A stretch of DNA of 64,000 nucleotides from an uncultured Methanosarcinaceae archaeon (GTDB lineage Archaea > Halobacteriota > Methanosarcinia > Methanosarcinales > Methanosarcinaceae), in assembly GCA_963721455.1 (NCBI GenBank), contig CAVRJG010000044.1:1-64000 (forward strand), given 5' to 3'. The notes beneath the pieces are model-generated. The model was not told the DNA's origin and searched no databases. It worked only from the letters and a program-made list of their open reading frames with translations. Positions 1 through 11,415 of this stretch are shown here, in pieces; within the stretch, counting starts at the first letter, position 1, and every line of letters starts with the position of its first letter. The translations under genes and the position numbers were made by a program.

Positions 1-38
1 CCTCAATGGCTGAATTATGCAGTATGTGCAGTTACGCA

Positions 39-837
39 TTATGAATTCACTTTCACTCCCACCGCAAAGACTTCGCGCTCGAAGAACCAGCGAAAGGGCG
101 GCCATTCAAAGAATGCATGGCGCAGCCCGCGAAACACGATGTTTTCCTGCCGATGCTGCGGCGGACTGTTGAGCCACACCTTCACACTACTGAAACCCGG
201 CGCGCCGCAAATACTGTCCCAGACTGCGAATGCTTTGCTCGTTGACGTGCACTTCGACGTTCGCTTCGACGTTCAGTGCGCGCGGATTAGCCGGATATTG
301 CTTGCCCTGCAGTCGCCGCACAAAGCGCACGAACGGATACGCATATTGATCGTACCAGCGATTGGGCGCAGTATGCACCACGATCATGCCGCCGGGCTTC
401 AACACCCGATAGATGTCGCTGAACGACGCGTGCAGTTCCCACGGAAAGAGATGCTCCACCACGTCAAACATCAACGCCCGATCGAACGTGCCGTCGGGAT
501 AGGGCAGACGTTTGGCATCGGTGCGATACACGCCGATGGGCGTCGGCTCGTTCTTCGTCGCTTCACGGCTAAGCTGCACCGCGACCTCGGCGTAGTCGAT
601 GCCGTAGGCACGCGCACCCAGCCGCGTGACGTGGCGCAAAATCTCGCCGCGTCCGCAGCCCACATCCAGCACCTGCATGCCGGGCTTCACTTCGGCGTAA
701 GCAAACGCTTCGCCCAGGCGGCGCGACAGCCGCTCGCCCTGCGATTCGACAAATTCTTCGTAGCCCTCGCATGCGTTGAGGAAGTAGTCCTTCGTGTACA
801 ACGTCGATGGCAAGGGCTTTTCGGGTTCTGAGGTCAA
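39..837 (-). CDS. Class I SAM-dependent methyltransferase (apparent frameshift near 193)
   Basis: VLDVGCGRG motif I and FDVVEHL. The ORF stops at 187, but a shifted frame continues (SVKVWLNSPP...FEREVFAVGVKVNS*) to TAA at 39-41. Confidence 0.8.
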
Positions 838-852
838 CAGTGAGTCTCCATG

Positions 853-1188
<336 letters not shown>

Positions 1189-1228
1189 TCACTCGTCACT
1201 TATCACGATTATAGCGGATGCCCACCTC

Positions 1229-2904
1229 TCAGGCAACACGCCGCCGCAGGAGAATGCGCCAGATCGAACGGATTTCATTTGCCCGCATCAGCAACATCGC
1301 GCCGAGGTAGATGCCTGCGCCGATCACCGCCGCGCCCAACACGCCGATCGCTTCCCGCGCGATCGAGCGTTCGCCAAAGAGCGTAATCAATAGCGTCATC
1401 GCACCATAGGCGCCCAGCGCCATCGCCAGCGAACTCGATAACCGCTTTGAGCGCAAGTTTGCCCAGCCCGTGCCCGCCCAGCCCGCCCAATCGATAGCGC
1501 AGCAGCCACAGCATAATCAGCGCGTGGCTCATCCACTGCACCGAGTTGGCGATGGCGAGATCCGTCACTTGCAACGGACGATGACTCAATGCGGGCGGCA
1601 CGATCGCCATGAACAGGTAGATGCCCACGTTGCAGATCAAACCGACGACGGCGGGCGTCAGCGTGTCCTTGCGCGCGTAAAACGCGAACACCAACGGCTG
1701 ATCGACGCCCGCGAAAATCAGGCCAATCAGATACAGCCACAGCATGAGCGTGACCGCCTGTGTATCGGCGGGCGTGAACGCGCCATGCTCGAATAACAAC
1801 CCGACAATATTGGGCGCGAGCACGGCCAGCCCGATCGCCGAGGGGATCATCAACACCAGCACCAACCGCAGGCCCTGCGCCAGCGTCGCCTTGAAATCGT
1901 CGGTCGAATTCAGCGCCGCATGCCGCGACAACGACGGCAGGATCGCGATTGAGACGGCGCTGACGATTAGCCCCAGCGGAAACTGGATCAGCCGCGTCGG
2001 ATAGTCCATCAGCGCGATGCCGGACGCGCCCGTGTGCGAGGCCAGATTCAGGCTCAAGCGCCACCGCCACTTGCCCGATGAGCAAGCCGCCCAGCACGGG
2101 CGTGTACAACTTCAGCATCTTGCGCAGCGCCGGATCGTGAAGATCGAACCGCCAGCGGATCGTCGCACCGCGCAGCGCGGGCAGTTGAAACATCACTTGC
2201 AAGATCGAGCCGGCCAGCAGACCCAGCGCCATCGCCGCGATGCCGAAGCGATCGGCCAGAATGATGGCGACCACGATCATCGTGCCGTTATACAGCGGCG
2301 CAGAAAACGCCGGAAAAGCAAAGCGTTTCAGCGCATACAGCACACCCGACAGCACGCTCGACAGACTCAGGAATAGCACGGCCGGAACGGTGAGGCGCAG
2401 CAGATCGATCGTGACCTGCAGCAGCTGCTCGTCAAAGCCGCCCGCCATGAAGCGCGCCACGGTCGGCGCAAACAACTCGATCACTAACACGGCCAGCGAG
2501 AGAAATACCACCGCGACCGACAATAGCAAACTGAGCAACTGCCACAACTCGGTGCGGTCTTTTTTCGCGGCCAGTTCGCTGAACATCGGCACCAGCGCCG
2601 AACTGACCAGGCCGCCCACCAGCAAATCGTACAGCATCGACGGCACAATCGCGGCTACGTTGTAGGCACTGACGAAGCCCGACGCACCGAAGAAGTGACT
2701 CTTTACCGTCTCGCGGATCAGGCCCAGGCCGCTGCTCAAGACGTTGCCCAGCGACACGATGGTGGCCGCGCGCGTAATCGCAGCTCCAGAGTGGGTCGCT
2801 TCGGACTCGCCGAGTTGATCAGGCCGATCGGGCCGATCAGGCTGATCGGACACAATCGGGTTGGCCGACGTGTCAGGCAAAAGTGTTTCCATAGTTGAAG
2901 TCAT
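1229..2904 (-). CDS. murJ: Lipid II flippase MurJ/MviN (frameshifts near 2055 and 1445)
   Basis: LGLIRE...FFGA, LVPMFS, YPTRLIQFPLG, FYARKDTLTP and many TM helices spread over three ORF pieces. Confidence 0.9.
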
Positions 2905-2970
2905 AGTTAGTCGTCGCCCGATTGTACCCCAGATCGATCGCATCCTCACCCGGAGTCTTGAAATCGAGGC

Positions 2971-3026
2971 TTGACTTTTCCCTCAGACGGTTTTAGAATA
3001 ACAGACGTCAGACGACTGTCGTCTGA
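2971..3026 (+). promoter_or_regulatory. Sigma70-type promoter with palindromic operator upstream of ygeY
   Basis: TTGACT (2971) - 17 nt - TAGAAT (2994), then perfect inverted repeat TCAGACGAC-T-GTCGTCTGA at 3008-3026. Confidence 0.7.
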
Positions 3027-3062
3027 AATCAAACACTCAAATTCATTCCAGTAAGGAGCAGC

Positions 3063-4295
3063 ATGCAGCACTCGTTTGAAGACACCGTGGCGACACTTCG
3101 CCGCGAAGTGGCCGTCCGCCACGACACGATCGTTACGTTCTTGAAAGACATTTGCGCCATTCCGTCGATGGATTCGCTCATCGGCCCGGTGGGCGAGCGC
3201 ATTCAGGCCGAGATGCGCCAACTGGGCTTCGACGAGGTGCGCTTCGACAAGATGGGCAACACCATCGGGCGCATCGGTAATGGCCCCAAAGTTTTGCTAT
3301 ACGACTCGCATATCGATACGGTCGGCATTGGCAACCGCGATGATTGGGACTGGGATCCGTTTGTCGGCAAGACGGACAACGGCATCTTCTATGCGCGCGG
3401 CGCGTCCGACGAAAAAGGCAGCACGCCCGGCATGGTGCACGGCCTGGCGCTGGCCCGCGATCTGGGCTTGCTGGATGGTTACACCGCTTACTACTTCGGC
3501 AACATGGAAGAGTGGTGCGACGGCATTGCGCCTAACTCGTTTGCAGAAGCCGATCCCGGCGTCAAGCCCGATTACGTGGTCATCGGCGAGCCGACCAACA
3601 TGCAGGTCTATCGCGGGCACAAAGGCCGCATCGAATTGAAGATCACCGCCAGCGGCCGCTCGGCGCATGCCGCCTCGCACTACCTGGGCGATAATGCCGT
3701 ATACAAGATGATGTCCATCATCACGCAAATCCGCGAACTGGATCGCCGCATGCGTTTCGGGTTAGGCTTTCATCCGGTGCAGGGCTATCCATCAGTCGCC
3801 GTGACCAACGTTGAGGTACGCACGGCCTCGCTCAACGCGGTGCCCGATCAGTTCACGATCTATCTCGATCGGCGCATCACTTCCAACGAACCACGCGACG
3901 AAGTCATCGCGCAGATCAAAGGGTTAATCCCCGACTATCTGCAAAGCGAAATCCAGGTTGAAGAGTTATTCTACGACACGCCGTCGTATACCGGTTTCGT
4001 CTTCCCAGTGTCGAAGTTCTATCCCGCCTGGCTGCTGGAAGACACGCATCCGCTGACGCAAGCGGGGCAGAGTACCATCGAAGCGCTGTGGGGCGAGAAG
4101 CGACCGCTGGACACGTGGGACTTCTCGACCAACGGCACTTACTGGGCGGGCAAGGCGGGCATTCCGTCGATCGGTTTTGGCCCCGGCGACGAGAAGAACG
4201 CGCACACACTGCTGGAACGCGTGCCCCTGCAAGAAGTGGTCGATTCGACGTTGTTCTATGCGTTGTTCCCGCAGTTTGTGGCGAACAGCAAATAA
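3063..4295 (+). CDS. ygeY: YgeY-family M20 metallohydrolase
   Basis: DSHIDTVG, GASDEKG, EEWCDG, GEPT...GHKGR, FSTNG, GFGPGDE..AH. Confidence 0.85.
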   Translation: MQHSFEDTVATLRREVAVRHDTIVTFLKDICAIPSMDSLIGPVGERIQAEMRQLGFDEVRFDKMGNTIGRIGNGPKVLLYDSHIDTVGIGNRDDWDWDPFVGKTDNGIFYARGASDEKGSTPGMVHGLALARDLGLLDGYTAYYFGNMEEWCDGIAPNSFAEADPGVKPDYVVIGEPTNMQVYRGHKGRIELKITASGRSAHAASHYLGDNAVYKMMSIITQIRELDRRMRFGLGFHPVQGYPSVAVTNVEVRTASLNAVPDQFTIYLDRRITSNEPRDEVIAQIKGLIPDYLQSEIQVEELFYDTPSYTGFVFPVSKFYPAWLLEDTHPLTQAGQSTIEALWGEKRPLDTWDFSTNGTYWAGKAGIPSIGFGPGDEKNAHTLLERVPLQEVVDSTLFYALFPQFVANSK

Positions 4296-4442
4296 CCCAA
4301 TCGGTTATCTGCACCAGACCGCGAGGCCGCCCGTTGCGACTTCGCGGTTTTTTGTCGCTGCACGCATCCTGAGCAGAACACAGTGTAGTCGAAGGCTGCC
4401 CCGCATGCCAAACGTCATACCCCTGCCCCTGCCGTTTGCCTA

Positions 4443-4496
4443 TTGACTTTTGTCTAGCCGGTGCTAGACTGTAGTCGTCTGACGACTATCGTCTGA
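4443..4496 (+). promoter_or_regulatory. Promoter with second copy of the operator upstream of the GntR gene
   Basis: TTGACT (4443) and TAGACT (4465), then GTCGTCTGACGACTATCGTCTGA at 4474-4496, similar to the 3008 operator. Confidence 0.65.
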
Positions 4497-4522
4497 ACTT
4501 CTTCCTCACGGTCGCACGGCTT

Positions 4523-5380
4523 ATGGTCCGCAAAAGCGCCTCCCTCGCCCAACAGGTTGTCGACGAAATCCTAGCCGGTCTCCAATCCGGCGACCTCGCC
4601 CGTGAAGGCGGCGCTTTGCCGTCGGAAGCGGAATTGAGCCTGCGCTTCAAGGTCAGCCGTGCCACCGTGCGCGAATCGCTCTCACGGCTGGAACAGGCCG
4701 GCTACATTCTGCGGCGGCACGGCGTAGGCACGTTCGTCGCACCGCGCCCGCCCCTCATCGATACCGGGCTGGAAGAACTGGAAAGCCTGGAAACGATCGC
4801 CCAACGCATCGGGCTTGAGACCCACATGAACAAAGCGGCTATCGAAGAACGGGCCGCCACGGCGGAAGAAGCCGATCGGTTGCAGATCGCCCCAGGTGAT
4901 CTGATCGTTTCGGTCGCACGCGTCATCCTCACCGGCAAGCGCCCGGTCGCATATCTGATCGACGTCGTGCCCACGCGGTATCTTCGCAAATCCGATCTGG
5001 CTGCCGGTTTCAACGGCTCGGTACTCGATCTGTTTTTGCAGCGCGGCAATCCGTTGCTCAGCCACTCGCGCACCGACATTTGCGCGGCCGGGGCCGACGA
5101 TGAGGTCGCGCTAAAACTCAAGCTGCAATCGGGCGAGGCGCTGCTGCGGCTGGATGCGCAGTTGTTTACGCGCGAGGGCGGCGTCGTCGATTTCTCCACC
5201 AGTTACTTCGTGCCCGGCCATTTTCGTTTCCACGTTATGCGGCGCGTCAGCCAGGGGGCGACGGCCCTCAGTCAACAACAGATGATCCTGCCCGATGCGA
5301 TCGCGGCAGATAATTCAATCAAACACATCAGGAGGGTTTCACAATGCGTAGTTTTGCTGGTCGTGACATTCTGTCTTTGA
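4523..5380 (+). CDS. GntR/HutC-family transcriptional regulator (wHTH + UTRA)
   Basis: LPSEAELSLRFKVSRATVRESL...RRHGVGTFV and a UTRA-like C-terminal half. The 3' end overlaps the next gene and may be affected by an indel. Confidence 0.9.
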   Translation: MVRKSASLAQQVVDEILAGLQSGDLAREGGALPSEAELSLRFKVSRATVRESLSRLEQAGYILRRHGVGTFVAPRPPLIDTGLEELESLETIAQRIGLETHMNKAAIEERAATAEEADRLQIAPGDLIVSVARVILTGKRPVAYLIDVVPTRYLRKSDLAAGFNGSVLDLFLQRGNPLLSHSRTDICAAGADDEVALKLKLQSGEALLRLDAQLFTREGGVVDFSTSYFVPGHFRFHVMRRVSQGATALSQQQMILPDAIAADNSIKHIRRVSQCVVLLVVTFCL

Positions 5381-6301
5381 AAGAGTTCGAGCGCCAGGAG
5401 TTCTTCCGCGTGTTCGAGATTGCCGAGCGGCTGGAGCCGATCGCGCGCAATCGCCAGAACAGCGATCTGTTGAAGAACAAGACGTTGGTGACCGCGTTCT
5501 ATCAGCCCAGCACCCGCACGCGCCTGGCGCACGAAGCGGCCATGCACCGCCTGGGCGGGCACGTCACCGGTTTCAGCGATGCCAAGATGACGCGTGCCGG
5601 CGACTTCTACCAGGAGTCGATCAAGGACACCGTCAAGATGCTGGAGTTCTACGGCGACGTGATCGTGATGCGCCACTTCCAGCAGGGCGCGCCGCACGAA
5701 GCGGCCAAGTGGGCCAGCGTGCCCATCATCAACGGCGGCGACGGCTGGGGCGAGCACCCGACGCAGATCCTGACCGACCTGTACACGGTGCTGCGCGAGA
5801 AGGGCCGCATTGACGGTTTGAAGTGGCTGGCCGTCGGCGATATGCGCATGCGCACGATGCACTCGCTGGGCTATGCGCTGTCGCAGTTCGATTGCCCCAT
5901 CACGTTTGTCGCCCCGCCCGATATGAGTCTGCTGCCCGAATTCAAGGCCGAGCTGAAGCAGCTACAGCGTGAATTTCAAGGAAGCCGAGCACGTCGAGCA
6001 GGCGATTGCCGAAGCCGACGTGATTCTGGTCGAACCGGTGGTGCAGCCCGACTACACCAAGAGCCGTGACGAGCGCGCCGGCAAGGACGTGGGCCTGACG
6101 CCCGCCAACTACAAGATCACGCGCGAACTGCTGCAAACCAAGGCCAAGAGCGATGCGATCCTGCTGCACTCGCTGCCGCGCATGGACGAAATCCCGACCG
6201 ACGTGGACATCACTCGCTGGTCGCGCTACTGGCAGGAAGCCTTCAACGGCGTGGTCATGCGCATGGCGCTGCTGGCGCTGATTTTGGGGGCAACTGAATA
6301 A
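5344..6301 (+). CDS. Aspartate/ornithine carbamoyltransferase-family protein (frameshift near 5965)
   Basis: FYQPSTRTR, ESIKDT, INGGDGWGEHPTQ, HSLPR. Confidence 0.9.
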
Positions 6302-6306
6302 GTCAC

Positions 6307-6788
6307 GTAGTCTGATAGTCTTGTAGTCCTATAGTCAGAGGAACGCGTGGCAACGATTCAGCGCTTCGAAGACCTGCAGAGCTGGCAGAAGGCTCGTCAA
6401 CTGGCTAATGCTGTTTACGATCTGACCAATCTACCCGGCTTTGCTAAGGACTTTCAACTTCGTGACCAGATTCGCGACGCTGCCGGATCGGTGATGCACA
6501 ACATTGCCGAAGGGTTCGATTCCGGCACCGATCCTGAGTTCATTCGCTTCCTGAAAATCGCGCGGCGCTCGGCCAGCGAAGTCCAATCGGAGTTGTATCT
6601 CGCACTCGATCGGAAGTACATCACACTTGAACGACCTCAAGGCTGCCTATGACCTTGCGACCGAGGCCAAACGACTGATCAACGGCATGATCGCTTATCT
6701 CAGAAAGCAGTCCGAGCAGTCGCGTCAGTCGGAAAACCTCGCAAGCCGACGAAGTGACTACTGATCGACTACAAGACTATCAAACTAC
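6307..6788. repeat. 22-bp inverted repeats bracketing the four-helix-bundle gene
   Basis: GTAGTCTGATAGTCTTGTAGTC (6307-6328) vs GACTACAAGACTATCAAACTAC (6767-6788), 21/22 complementary. Confidence 0.8.
6347..6764 (+). CDS. Four-helix-bundle (23S-IVS/S23-like) protein (frameshift near 6630)
   Basis: RFEDLQSWQKA...DQIRDAAGSVMHNIAEG...RFLKIARRSASEVQS. The shifted frame continues ...LINGMIAYLRK...*. Confidence 0.85.
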
Positions 6789-6806
6789 CAGACTAGGAGA
6801 CTAACC

Positions 6807-7790
6807 ATGCAGACTTATCTTACACGGCCGTGACTTGATCGGCGACCTCGATTTCAGCAAAGAAGAAGTCGAAACCGTCATGGATGTGGCGTTCGATCTG
6901 AAGCGCAAGCGCGCTCTGAACGAACCGCACGCGTATCTGCGCGACAAGGTGCTGGCGATGCTGTTCTTCTTCAGCAGCACGCGCACGCGCGGCTCGTTTG
7001 AAGCGGGCATGGCCCAACTGGGCGGGCACGGCGCATTCATCGACAGCAAGACGACGCAGATTTCGCACGGCGACACGCCCAAGGAAATCGGCGAGATCTT
7101 CGGCCGCTACTTCGACGGCATCGCCATCCGCCACGTGGATTGGGGCATCGGCAACGGCTACCTCAACGCCGTCGCCAAAGCCTCGCGCGTGCCCGTGCTC
7201 AACATGCAGTGCGACATCTATCACCCCTTCCAATGTTTGGCCGACCTGATGACCATCATCGAGAAGAAGGGCCGCGATCTGCGCCGCAAGAAGATGGTGG
7301 TGTCGTGGGCGTATGCCGCGTCGTACCAGAAGCCGATGTCGGTGCCGCAGTCGCTGATTTTGCAGATGCCGCGCTTTGGCATGGACGTCGTGCTGGCGCA
7401 TCCGCCCGAGTTCAAGCTGATGCCGGAGATCATGGATCAGGCCCGCGAGCAGGCCACGCAAGTTCGGCACGGGCTTTGAAGTCGTCGACGACATGGACGC
7501 CGCCTTCAAGGATGCGGACATCATCTACGCCAAGTCGTGGGGCGCGATGGTACACACGCCGGATGTCGACGAAGGCGCGCAAGATCATCAAGAAGTACGA
7601 GAGCTGGATCACCGACGAGCGCCGCATGGGTCTCGCCAAGTCCGATGCGATCTACATGCACCCGCTGCCCGCCGATCGCAACATCGAAGTCACCGATGGC
7701 GTGATGGACGGTCCGCAGTCAGTCGTGTACGACGAAGCCGAAAACCGTCTGCACGCGCAGAAGGCCGTTATGGCCCTGACGATGAGTTAA
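6807..7790 (+). CDS. YgeW-like (knotted) carbamoyltransferase (several frameshifts)
   Basis: [38 protein letters not shown] (YgeW/AOTC-type loop), [16 protein letters not shown]. Confidence 0.8.
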
Positions 7791-7811
7791 GGAGATCTAC
7801 CATGGCCACCC

Positions 7812-8766
7812 ATGACCACTCCAAACAAAGTCGCCGTCGTCGCCGTCGGCGGCAACGCCTTGATCCTCGACAAAGCGCACGAAGATGTCGGTTCGCAGGT
7901 CAGCGCCGTCGAAGAGACATGCAAGCACATCGCCGACATGATCGCGCAGGGCTGGAACGTCGTCGTCACGCACGGCAACGGCCCGCAGGTCGGTTTCATT
8001 CTGCGCCGCAACGAACTGGCCTATCCCGAAGTTCACTCGACCCCGCTCGACGTGATCGGCGCGGATACGCAGGGCGCGATCGGCTACATGATCGCCCGTG
8101 CTCTGGATAATGAATTCAAGCGGCGCGGCATTCACCGTGACGTCGCCGCCGTCGTGACGCAGGTGCTGGTCGATCGCAACGATCCCGGCTTTAAGAATCC
8201 CACCAAAGGTATCGGCGGCTTCACGACGCAAGAAAAGGCCGAGATCTTCAAGAAGGAAGGCTGGATCGTCAAGGAAGATGCCGGGCGCGGCTGGCGACGC
8301 ATGATCGCCTCGCCCATCCCGCTGAAGATCGTGGAATTCGACGCGATCAAGAACCTGATCGACAACGGCTTCATTCTCGTCGGCGTGGGCGGCGGCGGCA
8401 TCCCCGTCATCGAAAACGAACAGGGCCAACTGCAAGGCGTGTTCGCCGTCATCGACAAAGATCGCGCCAGCAGCCTGCTTGCCGCGGAATTGAAGGCCGA
8501 TCTGCTGCTGATCTCGACCGCGGTCGAGAAAGTCGCGATCAACTTCAACAAACCCGATCAAAAGAATCTGGATCGAGATGACGTTGGCGAAGCGAAGCAG
8601 TACTACTAAAGAGGGACACTTCCTATCGGGCAGCATGGGGCCGAAGATCGAGGCCATCATCGCTTTCCTGGAAGCCAACCCCAACGGCCAGGGCTTGATC
8701 ACCGATCCGCCGCACATCGTCGACGCGCTGAACGGCAAGACCGGCACGTGGATTACGCAAAACTAA
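7812..8766 (+). CDS. arcC: Carbamate kinase (frameshift near 8580-8610)
   Basis: VAVGGNAL, THGNGPQVG, TQGAIGY, GRGWRR, GGGGIPV, VIDKD, GSMGPK. Confidence 0.92.
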
Positions 8767-8769
8767 TGC

Positions 8770-8830
8770 GTGACGAGTGACGAGTGAAAAGTGACGAGTG
8801 AGCGTTTCGGCTTTCACTCGTCACTCGTTA
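8770..8830. repeat. GTGACGA heptamer repeats with inverted copy (hairpin). Related copies at about 1189-1199, 10353-10403 and 15856-15882
   Basis: gtgacgagtgacgagtgaaaagtgacgagtga...ttcactcgtcactcgtta. Confidence 0.75.
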
Positions 8831-8864
8831 ATCGTCAGCCGTCATCAACACAAGGATACTTAAC

Positions 8865-10330
8865 ATGATCGATCTCACCATCCAACCCGATCGCCGCAAG
8901 CGCGCGATCCAGCGCGCGCGCGAGCGCAACATCATCATCCCCACCTACAAGCAGATGAAGAATCCCGGCGTTGATCCCCGACAAGGTCAAAACCGGTTTG
9001 AAGAAAGTCGGCCTGTGGGACGTGAACCCGCTCAACCTGTTCCGCATCAACTGGCACAACGAACCCGTGCCCAGCGGCGGCGGCGTTCGGCGGCGTGAAC
9101 TATCTGGAATTTCCGACCCGAATTGACGGGCGTGAACGCGCGCATCTTCGCGCCTCGTTGGCAAGTGGTTCCCCACCGGCGCGCACAAGGTCGGCGCGGC
9201 CTTCAGCTGTCTCGTGCCGCGACTGGTCACCGGGCAGTTCGACCCGACGACGCAGAAGGCCGTGTGGCCCAGCACCGGCAACTACTGCCGCGGCGGCGCG
9301 TACGACTCGGCGCTGCTGGCCTGCCAGTCGATCGCGATTCTGCCGGAAGGCATGAGCCGCGAGCGTTTCGAGTGGCTGTCCAAGGTCGCGGGCGAAGTCA
9401 TCGCCACGCCCGGCACCGAAAGCAACGTCAAGGAAATCTTCGACAAGTGCTGGGAACTGCGCCGCTCCGGCCAGGACCTGATGATCTTCAATCAGTTCGA
9501 AGAGTTCGGCAATTACCTGTGGCACTACGATGTCACCGGTCACGCGCTGGAAGAAGTGCTTGCAGAAGGCGCTGAAACCCGGCGAAACGCTGCGCGGCTC
9601 CGTGTTCACGACGGGCTCGGCGGGCACGATCGGGTCCGGCGACTACCTGAAGGAAGTCTTCCCGTACAGCAAACTCGGCGCCAGCGAAGCGCTGCAATGC
9701 CCGACGCTGCTGAACAACGGCTTCGGCTCGCACCGCATCGAAGGCATCGGCGACAAGCACGTGCCGTGGATTCACAACGTCAAGAACACCGACATGGTGG
9801 TGGCCGTTGACGACGAAGCGCCGATCCAGCTGATCCGCCTGTTCAACGAGCCGGAAGGCCAGAAGTATCTGGCGCAGATGGGCGTGTCCGAAGCGTCTGA
9901 TCAAGCCAGCTGCCGCTGCTGGGCATCTCCGGCATCGCCAACGTGCTGTCGGCCATCAAGATGGCCAAGTGGTACGAGTGGGGCGAAGGCGACGCGGTCA
10001 TCACCGTGCTGACCGACTCGATGGAACTGTACGGCAGCCGCCTGCGCGAACTGACCGCCGAGCGCGGCGAATACACCGCCCGCGATGCCGCCGTCTCGTA
10101 CCATCAATATCTGATGGGGCAGGACGTGGCCTACATGGAAGAACTCACCTATCCAGCCGCGCAAGCGCGTCCACAACCTGAAGTATTACACGTGGGTCGA
10201 GCAGCAGGGCAAGACCTATGACGAGATTCAGGCGCAGTGGTATCAGAAGGATTACTGGACCAGCGTCCACGGCCAGGCCGATGCGATCGATGCGTTGATC
10301 GAAGACTTCAACGCCGAGGTTGGTCTGTAG
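8865..10330 (+). CDS. Fold-type II PLP-dependent enzyme (threonine/cysteine synthase-like; multiple frameshifts)
   Basis: [13 protein letters not shown] (PLP lysine), [29 protein letters not shown] across several frames. Confidence 0.8.
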
Positions 10331-10413
10331 TCGTTTCGTGTTGCGAACTACCTAACGAGTGACGAGTAACGAGTGAATGACATTCACTCGTTACTCGTCA
10401 CTCAGCGTTTATC

Positions 10414-11328
10414 ATGCCGACACCTCGACACTCGCCCGCCACCCGCGTCTACGTCGTTCTGGCGATAGGCATTTTCTGCATTGCCTTCTCGGCTATCTTT
10501 GTCAAGTGGACACATTTGCCGGGCGTGACTTCCGGCTTCTATCGACTGGCCATCTCGACAGCAGTTCTGTCGATCCCGTTTCTGCGCCGACGGGTCGATC
10601 GGCCACCGCTGAGCCGTCGGGCGTTGACGATGGGTGCGCTGGGCGGCGTGTGGTTTAGCCTGGATGTGATCGCGTGGAATACGTCGCTGACGTACGCCTC
10701 CGCCGCGAGCGCCACTTTGCTCGGTAACACCTCATCAGTGATTGTGGCGCTGGCCGCGTGGTTGATCTTCCGTGAGAAGTTGCGCGGCAAATTCTGGCTG
10801 GGCCTGTTCGTCGCGGTCGCGGGCGTCCTGTTGGTGATGGGCGCCGATCTGATCACGATTCAGGACACACAGGCCGTCGCGGACACGCGCACCTTTGGCA
10901 ATTTGCTGGCTTTGCTCGGCGCGTTTTTCTATGCGGGCTATTTGTTGACCACTCAACACACCCGCGCTCATCTCGATACGCTCTCGTCATTGTTCTTCAT
11001 GTCGGCCGTCGGCAGCGTCATCTTGTTGGCGGTGAACGTCGTGCAAGGATTGCCCTTGACCGGTTTCGCGCCGCAGACGTGGCTGGCGCTGTTGGGATTG
11101 GCGCTGATCACGCACGTGGGCGGCTGGCTGGCGATCAACTACGCGCTGGGGCACATCCGCGCCTCGATCGTTTCGGTGACGCTCCTTGCCCAGCCCGTGC
11201 TGACCGCGCTCCTCTCTATTCCCCTGCTGGGCGAAGACTTGTTTCCGCTGCAGATCGTCGGCGGCGTTTTGGTGCTCGAGCGGCATCTACATCGTCAACC
11301 GCTACGGCCGATCGTAATCTCGAGCTAA
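10414..11328 (+). CDS. DMT/EamA-family transporter
   Basis: About 10 TM helices, two EamA-like halves, LIFREK, LAQPV. Confidence 0.85.
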   Translation: MPTPRHSPATRVYVVLAIGIFCIAFSAIFVKWTHLPGVTSGFYRLAISTAVLSIPFLRRRVDRPPLSRRALTMGALGGVWFSLDVIAWNTSLTYASAASATLLGNTSSVIVALAAWLIFREKLRGKFWLGLFVAVAGVLLVMGADLITIQDTQAVADTRTFGNLLALLGAFFYAGYLLTTQHTRAHLDTLSSLFFMSAVGSVILLAVNVVQGLPLTGFAPQTWLALLGLALITHVGGWLAINYALGHIRASIVSVTLLAQPVLTALLSIPLLGEDLFPLQIVGGVLVLERHLHRQPLRPIVISS

Positions 11329-11415
11329 TCGCACCGCGGTTTCACCGCCTCGACGATTCAGACTTTTCGATCCGGGTATGATACAATCGACAGCATCTTC
11401 GATCGGGTGATCGTC

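Noticed and set aside
139-831. Antisense and overlapping ORFs in the high-GC half (e.g. 139-831, 6820-7524, 7797-8747, 15850-16782)
   Set aside because: Shadow frames of recognised genes on the opposite strand.
6347-6764. DGR accessory (Avd) gene
   Set aside because: No reverse transcriptase or TR/VR pair in the window.
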